Origin: an uncultured bacterium
GTDB lineage: Bacteria; Abyssobacteria; SURF-5
Length of the DNA stretch: 64,000 bases
Direction: 5' to 3'
NCBI GenBank assembly: GCA_964607485.1
Contig: CAZSKP010000007.1
Coordinates: forward strand, 58,117 to 122,116
In this document: positions 27,488-37,690 of the stretch, one piece after another
How positions within the stretch are numbered: the stretch's first letter is position 1
How the letters are laid out: every line of letters starts with the position of its first letter
The notes under the pieces: model-generated
Seen by the model: the letters and a program-made list of their open reading frames with translations, nothing else
What the model was told of the DNA's origin: nothing
Databases searched by the model: none
Made by a program: the position numbers and the translations under genes

Positions 27488-28406
27488 TCTCGAGAAAGTG
27501 CTTCAAGCCGGCCACCCCGCCGTGACGGCGGAACTGGGGCCGCCCATGGGCTGCAACGCCGAAGTGGTCAAGAAGAAGATCGAGCTGCTCAGGGGCACGG
27601 CCGACGCGTTCAACGTCACCGACTGCCAAACGGCGGTCGTGCGGATGAGCAGCATCGCCGCATCCATCTTCATCGTCCAGGCGGGCATGGAGCCGGTCAT
27701 GCAGATGACCTGCCGCGACCGCAACCGCATCGGCATACAGAGCGACATCCTCGGCGCAGCCGCCCACGGCATCAAGAACTGCCTCTGCATCGCGGGCGAC
27801 CATCAGTCGTTCGGCGCCGCCGGCAAGCTCAAGGGGCATCCGGGTTCGAAGAACGTGTACGACGTCGATTCGATTCAACTGGTAGGCATACTGAAAGGCC
27901 TGCGCGACGAGGCGCGTCAGCAGGGGGGCGACCCGCTCGGCGAAAGCGTGCCACTGTTCATCGGCGCGGCATGGACGCCGCTGGGCGACCCCGTCGAAAT
28001 CCGGACCATCCGGTTGGCGAAGAAAATCAACGCGGGCGCCGATTTCATCCAGACGCAGGCCGTGTTCGACATAGAAAAATTCTCAGAGGCCATGCGAAAG
28101 GCCCGCGACCGCGGGCTGCACGAGCGCACCGCCATCCTGGCCGGCATCATCGTGCCCAAGAGCGCGGGCATGCTCTCGTACATGAACAAGTCGGTCCCCG
28201 GAGTGATAGTGCCGCAGGAGCTCATAGACCGCATGAAGGCGGCGTCGGACCAACGCGCCGAGGGCATCGCCATCGCGGTCGAGCTCGTCCAACAGGTTTT
28301 GCAGATAGAAGGCGTCCGGGGCGTTCACGTCCAGGCGATCGAGTGGGAATCGGCGGTCAGAGAGGTCGTGGGCGGAGCGGGGTTGCTGCCACGCCCGACC
28401 GTTTAG
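27471..28406 (+). CDS. metF: Methylenetetrahydrofolate reductase
   Basis: VTAELGPP, NVTD, QMTCRDRNRIGIQSDILGA, KKINAGADFIQTQ, GVHVQAI. Confidence 0.95.
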   Translation: MKSGSNLEKVLQAGHPAVTAELGPPMGCNAEVVKKKIELLRGTADAFNVTDCQTAVVRMSSIAASIFIVQAGMEPVMQMTCRDRNRIGIQSDILGAAAHGIKNCLCIAGDHQSFGAAGKLKGHPGSKNVYDVDSIQLVGILKGLRDEARQQGGDPLGESVPLFIGAAWTPLGDPVEIRTIRLAKKINAGADFIQTQAVFDIEKFSEAMRKARDRGLHERTAILAGIIVPKSAGMLSYMNKSVPGVIVPQELIDRMKAASDQRAEGIAIAVELVQQVLQIEGVRGVHVQAIEWESAVREVVGGAGLLPRPTV

Positions 28407-28419
28407 GGGAAGGAAGGAA

Positions 28420-29823
28420 ATGCCCAAGAAGTACCACATCAAAGCGCAGTTGATGCCCCCACGCTTTCCGCCGGTGCCGAAATATTCGATGATCGAGAGA
28501 GAGGGATGCCTGGGATGCCTCGAGTGCGCCAAGCGGGAATGTGTGTACGAGGTGTACAAGAATCGGAGGTTCGACCCCGACCGCATGGTCGATTCCATCG
28601 ACTATCTCTGCAAGAACTGCCTGCGCTGCATCCAGGGCTGTAAGAACCAGCTTATCACCAAGATGAAGAATCCGGACTTCGAGGCGTTGGGAGACGAGTA
28701 CTGGAGACCCGACCTCATCGCCAGCCTGTGGGAACAAGCCACGACCGGCAAGATTCCGGTCTCGGGCGCGGGCTACCGCGGGCCGTTCTCCGGCCCCGGA
28801 TTCGACTCGATGTGGACCGACATGTCCGAGATCGTCCGGCCTACGCGCGACGGCATCCACGGCCGCGAATACATCAGGACGTCGGTGGATATTGGGCGCA
28901 AGCATGCCCGGCTGGAGTTCGACAAGAGCGGCGGGATGCGTTCCGAGCCTCACCCGTTGGTGGAGCTTCCCGTGCCGTTCATCTTCGACAACCTCCCGTT
29001 CGGCGTGGTCAACGAGAACGTGCGGGCGGGCTTCGTGCGCGCGGCCGAGATGGTGGGCTCGATGGCGGTCGTGCCGGAGAGCGAGATCGACTGGAAGCTG
29101 ATGGCGCATATCGACAGCCTCATTCCAATAATTTCCTCGACCGACCTCGAAGCCGAGGGCGTGAGAGAATTAATCAGTCGCTCCAGCATGGTTGAGTTGG
29201 AGGATTCGCCCGATGTGATCGAGCGGATGAAGGCCGTCAAGGCGCTCCATCCGGCGACGGTGGCCTGCGTGCGCATTCCGATGAACAAGAACGCGAGCGC
29301 GCGCATCGAACAGCTCACCCGCGCGGGAGCCGAGGTCGTGCACATGGTGGCCGACTGGCAGGGAAATGAGCCCGACGACCCGAGCCCGAGGTTCGTCAAA
29401 GAGGTTCTGCGCGAGGCGCACCTGAACTTGATAGAGAACGCTCTGCGCGACGAGGTGACCATCATCGCCACCGGCGGCATCGCGATGGCGGAGCACGTTG
29501 CCAAGGCCATCGTCTGCGGCGCCGACCTTGTCGGCATCGACATGGTGGTCGAGGTGGCGCTCGAATGCCGCGTATGCAAGCGGTGCGTGCGCGGGCTGAG
29601 CTGTCCTGTGGCTATCGAGACGGTTGATCCCGAGTGGGCAGCCCTGCGGATTCGCAACCTGGTCTGCTCGTGGCATTCGCAGTTAATAGAGGTGTTGGGC
29701 GCGATGGGACTCCGCGAGGTGAGGCGGCTCCGGGGCGAGGTGGGCCGCGCGATGTTTTTCGAGGACATGGAGAAGGAGGCATTCGGCGATGTCAAAGTCG
29801 CCACGGACGCTCACCGTTCGTGA
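28420..29823 (+). CDS. Glutamate synthase-related FMN-domain subunit with N-terminal ferredoxin-like Cys clusters (divergent)
   Basis: CLGCLEC..C, CKNCLRCIQGC, GKIPVSGAGY, LRDEVTIIATGGI...KAIVCGAD, CRVCKRC..CP, GAMGLREV. Confidence 0.82.
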   Translation: MPKKYHIKAQLMPPRFPPVPKYSMIEREGCLGCLECAKRECVYEVYKNRRFDPDRMVDSIDYLCKNCLRCIQGCKNQLITKMKNPDFEALGDEYWRPDLIASLWEQATTGKIPVSGAGYRGPFSGPGFDSMWTDMSEIVRPTRDGIHGREYIRTSVDIGRKHARLEFDKSGGMRSEPHPLVELPVPFIFDNLPFGVVNENVRAGFVRAAEMVGSMAVVPESEIDWKLMAHIDSLIPIISSTDLEAEGVRELISRSSMVELEDSPDVIERMKAVKALHPATVACVRIPMNKNASARIEQLTRAGAEVVHMVADWQGNEPDDPSPRFVKEVLREAHLNLIENALRDEVTIIATGGIAMAEHVAKAIVCGADLVGIDMVVEVALECRVCKRCVRGLSCPVAIETVDPEWAALRIRNLVCSWHSQLIEVLGAMGLREVRRLRGEVGRAMFFEDMEKEAFGDVKVATDAHRS

Positions 29824-31297
29824 TGAATATTCGCACCTGACCGGACGCGAGGCGGTTCACACGCCGTCGCGCTTCCGCAACCGGGTGTCCAAATACAGGG
29901 TGTTCCGCAGCCAGGCATGCGACGCGGGCGGTAAGTGCGCAAAGCTGTGCCCGTACGGCGTTCACGTTCGAAGCGGCGACCGGATGCTGCGGCCGAGGGA
30001 ATGGCTGTGCATCGGCACCGCCTGCGAGAAGAACGATTTCTACTGCATCAGCCAATGCCCCAAGGGCGCTCTCTCGCTCGGCCTCAACCCGCTGTTCGAG
30101 ACGCTCGGCGACGCGCGCTGGCCCGCCGACATGCTTCTGGCCACGTGGGTGATGGCGGAGACGGGCGACGTTCCGGCAAACGGGCTCGAGTATCAATTCG
30201 GCCGTTCGGGCGGCGGCTTCGACAAGCTCGCCTTCGATTTTCCCGCCGGAGCGGGCGCCGGCATGGACGAGGACGGGATAGACCTGAGCATCGACCTCAA
30301 CCGTCGCGACGACAACGCCTACAGAATACGGATCGACCTTCCCGTCTATGGCGGCGGCATGTCGTTCGGCTCGGTGAGCGCAAACACGATGCTCGGCCGC
30401 GCCATCGCGGCGCGCAACTGGAACACCTTCACCTGCACGGGCGAAGGCGGCTATCCCGACGTGCTCGTGCCCCTCGCCAAACACATCATCACGCAGGTCG
30501 CCACCGGCCTGTTCGGCGTGCGCGAGGAAACCATCCAGCGCGCGCCCATCGTCGAGTTCAAGTATGCGCAGGGTGCGAAGCCCGGACTGGGCGGCCATCT
30601 GCTGGGCGACAAGGTGACGCCCGACGTCGCCCGCATGAGGGAGGCCGTCGCCGGCAGCGCGCTGTTTTCGCCCTTCCCGTTCCATTCGGTCTATTCGGTG
30701 GAAGACCATAAGAAGCACGTGGACTGGATAAAGGCCATAACGCCAAAATCGCTCATCTCGGTCAAGGTGTCCACACCGACCGACGTCGATATGGTGGCCG
30801 TGGGCAGTTATTACGCCGACGCCCACATCGTGCACATAGACGGCAGCTACGGCGGCACTGGCGCGGCTCCGGACATTGCGAAGAAGAACATCGCCATGCC
30901 GATCGAATACGCCATCCCGAAGGTGCACAAGTTTCTCATCGAGGAAGGTGTTCGCGAGCGCATTGCCCTTATCGCTTCGGGCGGCATCCGCAATCCATGG
31001 GACGTGGCCAAGGCCATCGCGCTGGGCGCCGACGGGGTCGTCATCGGCACGGCCGAGATGGTGGCGCTCGAATGCGTGCGCTGCGCGAACTGCGAGAGCG
31101 GACGCGGCTGCGCGCGCGGGATCGCAACCACCGACCCGGGGCTGGCGCCGCTGGTTTCGGTCGAGTACGCGGCCCGACGCCTGAGCAACATGTACCTGGC
31201 CTGGGCCAAAGAGTTGAGGCGAATCCTAAAGGGTTTGGGCATGCGCAGTGTTCGTGAATTGGTGGGACGCACCGATTGCCTGGTGCGGCTCCCGTGA
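29789..31297 (+). CDS. Glutamate synthase FMN-binding subunit (GltB2-like)
   Basis: GGMSFGS, TGEGG, QVATGLFGV, FKYAQGAKPGLGGHL, DGSYGGTGAAP, CVRCANCESGRGCARGIATTD. Confidence 0.9.
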   Translation: MSKSPRTLTVRDEYSHLTGREAVHTPSRFRNRVSKYRVFRSQACDAGGKCAKLCPYGVHVRSGDRMLRPREWLCIGTACEKNDFYCISQCPKGALSLGLNPLFETLGDARWPADMLLATWVMAETGDVPANGLEYQFGRSGGGFDKLAFDFPAGAGAGMDEDGIDLSIDLNRRDDNAYRIRIDLPVYGGGMSFGSVSANTMLGRAIAARNWNTFTCTGEGGYPDVLVPLAKHIITQVATGLFGVREETIQRAPIVEFKYAQGAKPGLGGHLLGDKVTPDVARMREAVAGSALFSPFPFHSVYSVEDHKKHVDWIKAITPKSLISVKVSTPTDVDMVAVGSYYADAHIVHIDGSYGGTGAAPDIAKKNIAMPIEYAIPKVHKFLIEEGVRERIALIASGGIRNPWDVAKAIALGADGVVIGTAEMVALECVRCANCESGRGCARGIATTDPGLAPLVSVEYAARRLSNMYLAWAKELRRILKGLGMRSVRELVGRTDCLVRLP

Positions 31298-31311
31298 TGG
31301 GATATAAAGGA

Positions 31312-33924
31312 ATGAACAGGACAGCCGAAAGAATTATTGAATCGCGGGCCGGGCTGGTCAAGGACCTTCCCCTCGCCACGCTTCGGAAGGAATCCGAAGA
31401 GGGCGGCTGCGGGGTCGTCGGGTTCGCATGCAGCATCCCGGTCAGGGGGCGTCACATATACGAGCCTTCCTGCCAGATGCACAATCGCGGCAACGGCAAA
31501 GGGGGCGGCATAGCGGCCGTCGGCTTTGTTCCCAAACAACTCGGCGTGACCCGCAAGGTGCTCGACACGCATTACATCCTTCAGATCGGTCTGCTCGACC
31601 CGTCGGTCCGCAAGTCGGTCGAGAAGAAATTCGTCAAGCCGTTCTTCGACGTGGCCGAGGCGGGCATGATTCCGACCGTGGACGACTATCGCGACATCGA
31701 GGGGCTGGAAGTCCGTCCGCCCGACGTGCTCCGCTGTTTCGTCCGGGTCAAGCCCGACGCGCTCGACCGGTTCGTCAAGAAGAATCGGCTCGAAGGACTC
31801 ACTCGCCGCCAGGCCGAGGACGAGTTTGTCTATCAGAACAGCTTCAGGCTGAACCAGGAATATTACGCCTCGCTGGGGGAGAAGAAGGCGTTTGTGCTGT
31901 CGCACGGCCGAAACATGATGATCCTGAAGATCGTCGGCTACGCCGAAAAGCTCGCTCAGTACTATCTGCTGGACGACTTCAAGGCGCACTGCTGGATCGC
32001 GCACCAGCGTTATCCCACGAAGGGGCGGGTGTGGCATCCCGGGGGCGCGCACCCGTTCATCGGAATGAACGAGGCGCTGGTGCACAACGGCGACTTCGCC
32101 AACTATCACTCGGTCACCGAGTACTTGCGCATGCGCAACTCGTATCCGCTGTTCCTGACCGACACGGAGGTGTCGATACTGCTGTTCGATCTTTGGAAGC
32201 GCACCTACGAATACCCGCTCGAGTACGTCATCGAGGCGATGGCTCCGACGACCGAGCTCGATTTCGACCGGCTGCCGGTGGAGAAGCAGCGCATTTATCG
32301 CCAGATACAGGCGTCGCACATGCACGGCTCGCCCGACGGCCCGTGGTTCTTCATCATCGCGCGCAACGACGCCGCCCAGAAACAGTTTCAATTGATAGGC
32401 ATCACCGACACCTCGATGCTCCGGCCGCAGGTGTTCGCACTCTCGATGGGTGAGGTTGGGATAGGCCTTTGCTGTTCGGAGAAACAGGCCATCGACGCCA
32501 CGCTCCATTCGCTGGCCGAGGAAGACCCGCGCTTTCACCCGATTGCCGACAAGTACTGGAACGCGCGCGGCGGCAGCCACACCGACGGAGGCGCGTTCAT
32601 CTTCACACTGTCCGGCGACGGCGAGGACAAGAAGCTGATCTGTACCGACAAGTTCGGTGTCGAGGTGACGCTCTCGCCGAAGAAGAAACACCGCGACCGC
32701 GCCGCCGAGATCACAGTTCCGAGCAACCGGCGCAAGCTGGCCGAGCCCATCCACGGTTTTATACGGAAACGGGATGCCGACGGACTCTTCTCGTGGATAG
32801 CCCAGGGGCTGGTGAGATGGAACTACAACACGCTCGCGTGGGTGCTCGAAGAAACCGCCCGCGAGGCCTCCGAAAGCGACGATGGCCGCGCCACCGTCAT
32901 CAGTGCGCTCACGCTGCTGAACGACCGCCGGTTTCGCACCGGGACGAAGAAGCGCAGCTCGCTGCTGGAGCTGGTGCGCGATGCGCTGCATAGTGTTTTC
33001 CGGGGATGCCTTTCCATCGACGCCGAGGGCCGTTCGCGCTATCGGACGATAGATTGGCCGAATCGCCGCCGGCTGCGCGCGCCGCTCGACGGCGAACAGA
33101 CGCTCGTGATAGACGTCGCGGGCTTCGCGCCGGAGGGACCCGACTGTCATTCGCACCTGCTGGTCGATGCTCACCGATTGGGCTGGAGGAGGTTCATCGC
33201 ATACGGCTTCAAGGGCGAGCGCTTTTCAGGATGCGGCTTCGGGCCGCACACCGAAGGCGTTGTGCTCGACCTGTACGACAGCACGGGCGACTATGTCGCC
33301 TCGGGGATAGACGGGATGGAGGTGTACATCCACGGCAACGGCCAGGACCAGTTGGCCCAGATTACGAAGGAGGGCAAGCTGGTCGTTTATGGAGACGTGG
33401 GCCAGACCTTCATGTACGGCGCCAAGGGCGGCTCGGTGTACGTGATGGGCAACGCGGCGGGCCGTCCGCTCATCAACGCGGTCGGCCGTCCCCGCGTGGT
33501 GATTAACGGCACCTGCCTCGATTATCTGGCTGAATCGTTTATGGCGGGCGACGCGCTCAGGGGCGGCGGCTTCGTGGTGCTCAACGCAGTCGAGTTCGAC
33601 GAGGACGGCAACGTTCGCGACCTGGCTCTGCCCTATCCCGGCTCAAACCTGTTTTCGCTTGCTTCGGGCGGGGCCATCTATGTCCGCGACCCGCACAATC
33701 TCACCATCGACGAACAGCTCAACGGGGGTGAGCTGGTGCCGATGTCGAGAGAGGATTGGGAGTTGATCCTTCCCGTTCTTGAGGAGAACGAGCGACTTTT
33801 TGGCATTTCCATCCGAGACCACTTGCTGAAGATAGACGGGCAGCTCAGGCGCCCCGAGGACGTGTATCGCAAGGTCCGTCCCGTAAAGCTGGCCGTTCTC
33901 ACCAACGTCGAGGACCACGACTGA
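31312..33924 (+). CDS. Class II glutamine amidotransferase fused to GXGXG domain (GltB1-GltB3-like)
   Basis: EEGG-CGVVG (Ntn Cys after a short propeptide), AHQRYPT, GAHPF, HNGD, TDTE, DGP; C-terminal GDVGQTFMYGAKGG..GNAAGR..AESFMAG. Confidence 0.9.
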   Translation: MNRTAERIIESRAGLVKDLPLATLRKESEEGGCGVVGFACSIPVRGRHIYEPSCQMHNRGNGKGGGIAAVGFVPKQLGVTRKVLDTHYILQIGLLDPSVRKSVEKKFVKPFFDVAEAGMIPTVDDYRDIEGLEVRPPDVLRCFVRVKPDALDRFVKKNRLEGLTRRQAEDEFVYQNSFRLNQEYYASLGEKKAFVLSHGRNMMILKIVGYAEKLAQYYLLDDFKAHCWIAHQRYPTKGRVWHPGGAHPFIGMNEALVHNGDFANYHSVTEYLRMRNSYPLFLTDTEVSILLFDLWKRTYEYPLEYVIEAMAPTTELDFDRLPVEKQRIYRQIQASHMHGSPDGPWFFIIARNDAAQKQFQLIGITDTSMLRPQVFALSMGEVGIGLCCSEKQAIDATLHSLAEEDPRFHPIADKYWNARGGSHTDGGAFIFTLSGDGEDKKLICTDKFGVEVTLSPKKKHRDRAAEITVPSNRRKLAEPIHGFIRKRDADGLFSWIAQGLVRWNYNTLAWVLEETAREASESDDGRATVISALTLLNDRRFRTGTKKRSSLLELVRDALHSVFRGCLSIDAEGRSRYRTIDWPNRRRLRAPLDGEQTLVIDVAGFAPEGPDCHSHLLVDAHRLGWRRFIAYGFKGERFSGCGFGPHTEGVVLDLYDSTGDYVASGIDGMEVYIHGNGQDQLAQITKEGKLVVYGDVGQTFMYGAKGGSVYVMGNAAGRPLINAVGRPRVVINGTCLDYLAESFMAGDALRGGGFVVLNAVEFDEDGNVRDLALPYPGSNLFSLASGGAIYVRDPHNLTIDEQLNGGELVPMSREDWELILPVLEENERLFGISIRDHLLKIDGQLRRPEDVYRKVRPVKLAVLTNVEDHD

Positions 33925-33977
33925 CGGGCGCGCTTGTAGGAACTGCTGTGAATACGCCTTCCGACACAGCTTCATCC

Positions 33978-34634
33978 ATGAAACGACGCGGGTGTCGTGT
34001 CATCGATCTCGGGCTGTGTTCCTACGCAAAGGCCTACGCGTTTCAGAAGGAGGTCGTGCATTCGAAGTTCGAGGGCTCGGACACCGATACGCTCATATTC
34101 GTCGAACATTTTCCCGTTATCACTCTCGGACGCAAGGGCCGCCGCGAGAACATCTGCGTTTCTCCGGAAAAGTTGAAATCGGCGGGGATGGACGTGCTGA
34201 GCATAGACCGGGGAGGCGACGTCACCTACCACGGTCCCGGCCAGCTCGTCGGGTACCCCGTCCTGGACCTGAGGGCCCACAGGCAGGACGTCCACTGGAT
34301 TCTGAGACAGCTCGAAGAGGTACTCACGGTTTCGCTCAGGCGCATGGGAATAGATGCGCGGACCGAACCCGGGCTGACGGGCGTGTGGGTTGGCGGCGCG
34401 AAGATAGCCGCCATCGGCATCGGCGTCAGCCACTGGGTGACCTTCCATGGATTCGCCCTGAACGTCGCACCGATGATGAGGCATTTCGAACTGATTATTC
34501 CCTGCGGACTTAAGGATAAGCCCGTCACGTGCGTGCGCGACGTGCTCGGGCAAACGCCGGACATGGATGAGGTTAAGCGCATCGTGGCCGAGAGTTTTTG
34601 CGAAACGTTCGGGCTGGAACGGGTGCACGCTTGA
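33978..34634 (+). CDS. lipB: Lipoyl(octanoyl) transferase
   Basis: EHFPVITLG, DRGGDVTYHGPGQLVGYP, GVWV..AKIAAIG, TFHGFALNV, IIPCGL. Confidence 0.96.
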   Translation: MKRRGCRVIDLGLCSYAKAYAFQKEVVHSKFEGSDTDTLIFVEHFPVITLGRKGRRENICVSPEKLKSAGMDVLSIDRGGDVTYHGPGQLVGYPVLDLRAHRQDVHWILRQLEEVLTVSLRRMGIDARTEPGLTGVWVGGAKIAAIGIGVSHWVTFHGFALNVAPMMRHFELIIPCGLKDKPVTCVRDVLGQTPDMDEVKRIVAESFCETFGLERVHA

Positions 34635-34695
34635 TTTTCCGACCGCTTGAAGCTATGATATAGTATAGAGTTACTTTGCGTGACTTGGTGAGCTT

Positions 34696-35811
34696 ATGAA
34701 CACGGAAATGAGCGACATACTTGATAATATGGTGCTGCTCAAGGCATCGGATTGCTACCTGAAGGTTGATGAGAGGCCTTTCTTTCGAGTAAACGGCCAG
34801 ATACGCCACAGCAAATTTGCCGCCGTCACTGACCAGGATATCTCCCGCTTCATGCAGACAGTGATGACTGAGTTTCAGCGCGAGCGATTCCAGAAAGACC
34901 CCGACCTCGACTTGGCTTACGATACCAAGAGCGGCAACAGGTTCAGAGTCAATGTGTTCAGGCAGCGCGGCCACATCGGCATGGTCATACGGCTCATTCC
35001 TTCCGAAAATCTCAGCTTCAATTTTCTGCACCTGCCGCCCATTGTCAGAGAATTCGCCGAGCTGCCGCGCGGGCTTGTCATAGTATCTGGCGCGACGGGA
35101 AGCGGAAAGACGACCACTCAGGCCGCGATGGTTGATCACATCAACACCAATTTTCACAAGCACGTTGTGACCGTCGAGGACCCCATAGAGTTCATCCACT
35201 ACAACAAGAAGAGCATCATAAACCAGCGCGAAGTGGGCTACGACACCAATTCCTTCGGCGATGCGCTGAAACACGTGGTCAGGCAGAGCCCCGACGTGAT
35301 TCTCATCGGGGAAATGCGCGACCTGGAGACGATGCTCGTCGCGCTGTCGGCGGCCCAGACGGGGCATCTCGTCATTACCACGCTCCACAATGTCGATACG
35401 GCGCAGACGCTCGACAGGATCATAAACTACTTTCCGGAATACATGAGGCATCAGATTCGGCTCGAGCTGTCGCTGTGTCTCAAGGGCGTCGTCTGCATGC
35501 GTCTCATTGCGCGGAAAGACGGCAAGGGCCGGATTCCCGCCGTCGAAGTCATGCGCACGACACCCGTCATACGGAAGCTGCTCCTCGAGGGCAACACGAA
35601 GACGGTGCCCGATTACATCAAAGAGGGACGCGAATTCGGAATGCAGACGTTCAACCAGGCCCTGCTCGACCTCTTTCAAGAAGGCTTGATCAGCTATGAG
35701 GATGCGCTCCAGAACGCTTCCAACCCCGAGGAGTTCAAGCTTAACGCCCAGGGAATGTTCACGGGCACCGATTCCATCAGGGCGAAACAGACAATGGAAG
35801 ATCCGTATTAG
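34696..35811 (+). CDS. PilT/PilU family retraction ATPase
   Basis: GATGSGKTTT, TVEDPIEF, NQREVG, RQSPDVILIGEMRD, TGHLVITTLH, GMQTFNQ. Confidence 0.93.
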   Translation: MNTEMSDILDNMVLLKASDCYLKVDERPFFRVNGQIRHSKFAAVTDQDISRFMQTVMTEFQRERFQKDPDLDLAYDTKSGNRFRVNVFRQRGHIGMVIRLIPSENLSFNFLHLPPIVREFAELPRGLVIVSGATGSGKTTTQAAMVDHINTNFHKHVVTVEDPIEFIHYNKKSIINQREVGYDTNSFGDALKHVVRQSPDVILIGEMRDLETMLVALSAAQTGHLVITTLHNVDTAQTLDRIINYFPEYMRHQIRLELSLCLKGVVCMRLIARKDGKGRIPAVEVMRTTPVIRKLLLEGNTKTVPDYIKEGREFGMQTFNQALLDLFQEGLISYEDALQNASNPEEFKLNAQGMFTGTDSIRAKQTMEDPY

Positions 35812-35821
35812 GAGAACCGAC

Positions 35822-36928
35822 ATGGATGCTCACCGTTCAGTTGAGCCGACCATTCCCGACGTGGCGAGGAATGGCGGCCGTGTTGATATGAAAAGCCTTT
35901 TCGACCTGGTCATGGTGCGGGGCGCCTCGGACCTCCTGCTGACCGCGGGCGCGCCGCCGCTGCTCAGGATCAACGGCGAGCTGAAGGCCACCGAGTATCC
36001 CGAACTCGCGCCCGAAGAGAACAAGCGGCTCATATACAGCATCCTGACCGACAAGCAGAAGGAGGAGTTCGAGGAACGGCGCGAGCTCGACATGTCGATC
36101 GGGGTGAGCGGCCGTCACCGCTTCAGGGTGAACGTGTATATGCAGAAGGGCTGTGTGACCGCGGCGATGAGAGCCATCCCGGAGCAGATACCCTCGCTGG
36201 AGAGTCTCGGCCTTCCGAAGATATTGGCCAAGCTGGCGTTCAGGCCGCAGGGGTTGATACTTGTCACCGGCCCCACCGGTCACGGCAAGACGACCACCCA
36301 GGCCGCGCTTATAGACCTCATCAACGCCCATAAGCGCTGCCACATCATAACCGTCGAGGACCCGATTGAGTATGTGCACCACCACAAGAAGTCGGTCGTG
36401 GACCAGCGCGAGCTGGGCAGCGACACGCTCTCCTTTCCCGCCGCGCTCAAATACGTGCTCAGACAGGACCCCGACGTCATTCTCATCGGTGAAATGCGCG
36501 ACCTGGAGACCATCTCCTCCGCGCTGACCGCCGCGGAAACAGGGCATCTCGTTATCGCCACCCTCCATACGAACGACGCCATCCAAACCGTTGACCGCAT
36601 CGTGGACGTGTTTCCCTCGCACCAGCAGCAGCAGATCCGCATCCAGCTTGCACTGAGCATGCTGGCGGTCGTCTCGCAGCGTCTGTTGCCCCGCGCGAAC
36701 GGGAAGGGACGCGTGCTCGCGTGCGAGATACTCAGGAACAATTCCGCCGTCGGAAACCTCGTTCGCGAGGCAAAGACCCATCAGATATACAGCATCATGG
36801 AGACGCATTCCAAGGACGGCATGATCACGCTCGACTCTTCCATAAAGCAACTCTACCTGCGTGGCATCGTGTCGTACGATGTGGCCGTCAACCACGTGCG
36901 CAATCCTCAGGTCATCGCAAACGCCTGA
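35822..36928 (+). CDS. pilT: Type IV pilus retraction ATPase
   Basis: GPTGHGKTTT, TVEDPIEY, RQDPDVILIGEMRD, AETGHLVIATLHT, AVGNLVRE (AIRNLIRE-like). Confidence 0.9.
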   Translation: MDAHRSVEPTIPDVARNGGRVDMKSLFDLVMVRGASDLLLTAGAPPLLRINGELKATEYPELAPEENKRLIYSILTDKQKEEFEERRELDMSIGVSGRHRFRVNVYMQKGCVTAAMRAIPEQIPSLESLGLPKILAKLAFRPQGLILVTGPTGHGKTTTQAALIDLINAHKRCHIITVEDPIEYVHHHKKSVVDQRELGSDTLSFPAALKYVLRQDPDVILIGEMRDLETISSALTAAETGHLVIATLHTNDAIQTVDRIVDVFPSHQQQQIRIQLALSMLAVVSQRLLPRANGKGRVLACEILRNNSAVGNLVREAKTHQIYSIMETHSKDGMITLDSSIKQLYLRGIVSYDVAVNHVRNPQVIANA

Positions 36929-36942
36929 AGTCGAGAAACGCC

Positions 36943-37611
36943 ATGTTTGCCTCGTTTTTAATCTGGGTATTGTGTGTCTGCGTTCTACTTGTCCTGGACG
37001 GGTTTTCCATTTATCTGGCCTTTTCCGGTTACCTTCCCGGGCGCACAAATGTCGGATGGATATTTCTGGGTGTTTATCTCGCGATGTACCTTGCGTTTGC
37101 CATTGGAACGTATAAGGTGTTGGCGATGTCCGTTACCACCATATTGTATGTTATCGTTCTCGTTTTCCTTCTGGTGCTGCAAGGTCCCCTGGTGGCCGAA
37201 CTCGTATCGCAGTCGGTCATACCCGACGCTTCCAGGGGGTTGAAGCTCATCAAGGTGTACACGGAGGCCGAGAGAAGGGTCGCTCAGGATGATTTGGCCG
37301 GCGCAATCGTGGAGTATGAGAAGGTGATTGCCCAAGACCCCGACGACGTCACCGCGCGATTCCGGCTGGCCGAGCTGTGTTACCAGAACGAGGAATATCG
37401 CAAGGCGGCCATGGCCTACGAGACTCTTCTGGCCCGGGAGAAAGAGCTCGACATGAACCGCCACTGCTCCGCGTTGACGAGGCTTTCGGAGATATATGCG
37501 CAGCATCTGGGCGATATCGAGAAGGCGCGAAAACATGTGCAGACGATTATAGACAAGTACCCGGGCACGAAGTATGCGGGCTACGCCATGGACCGGCTCG
37601 ACAGTCTCTGA
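36943..37611 (+). CDS. Membrane protein with C-terminal TPR-like repeats
   Basis: Three TM helices then AIVEYEKVIAQDPDD..ARFRLAEL, IIDKYPGT.YA. Confidence 0.8.
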   Translation: MFASFLIWVLCVCVLLVLDGFSIYLAFSGYLPGRTNVGWIFLGVYLAMYLAFAIGTYKVLAMSVTTILYVIVLVFLLVLQGPLVAELVSQSVIPDASRGLKLIKVYTEAERRVAQDDLAGAIVEYEKVIAQDPDDVTARFRLAELCYQNEEYRKAAMAYETLLAREKELDMNRHCSALTRLSEIYAQHLGDIEKARKHVQTIIDKYPGTKYAGYAMDRLDSL

Positions 37612-37690
37612 GCCTCCAGCCGCTCCCTCCCTGACCTCTCTCTTTCCGCAAAGAGACAAAAAGAAACCAAAAAAAGACCTCCTCGACGTA

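Noticed and set aside
30847-33174. 775-aa minus-strand ORF
   Set aside because: Antisense to the glutamate-synthase-like genes, which carry clear family motifs.
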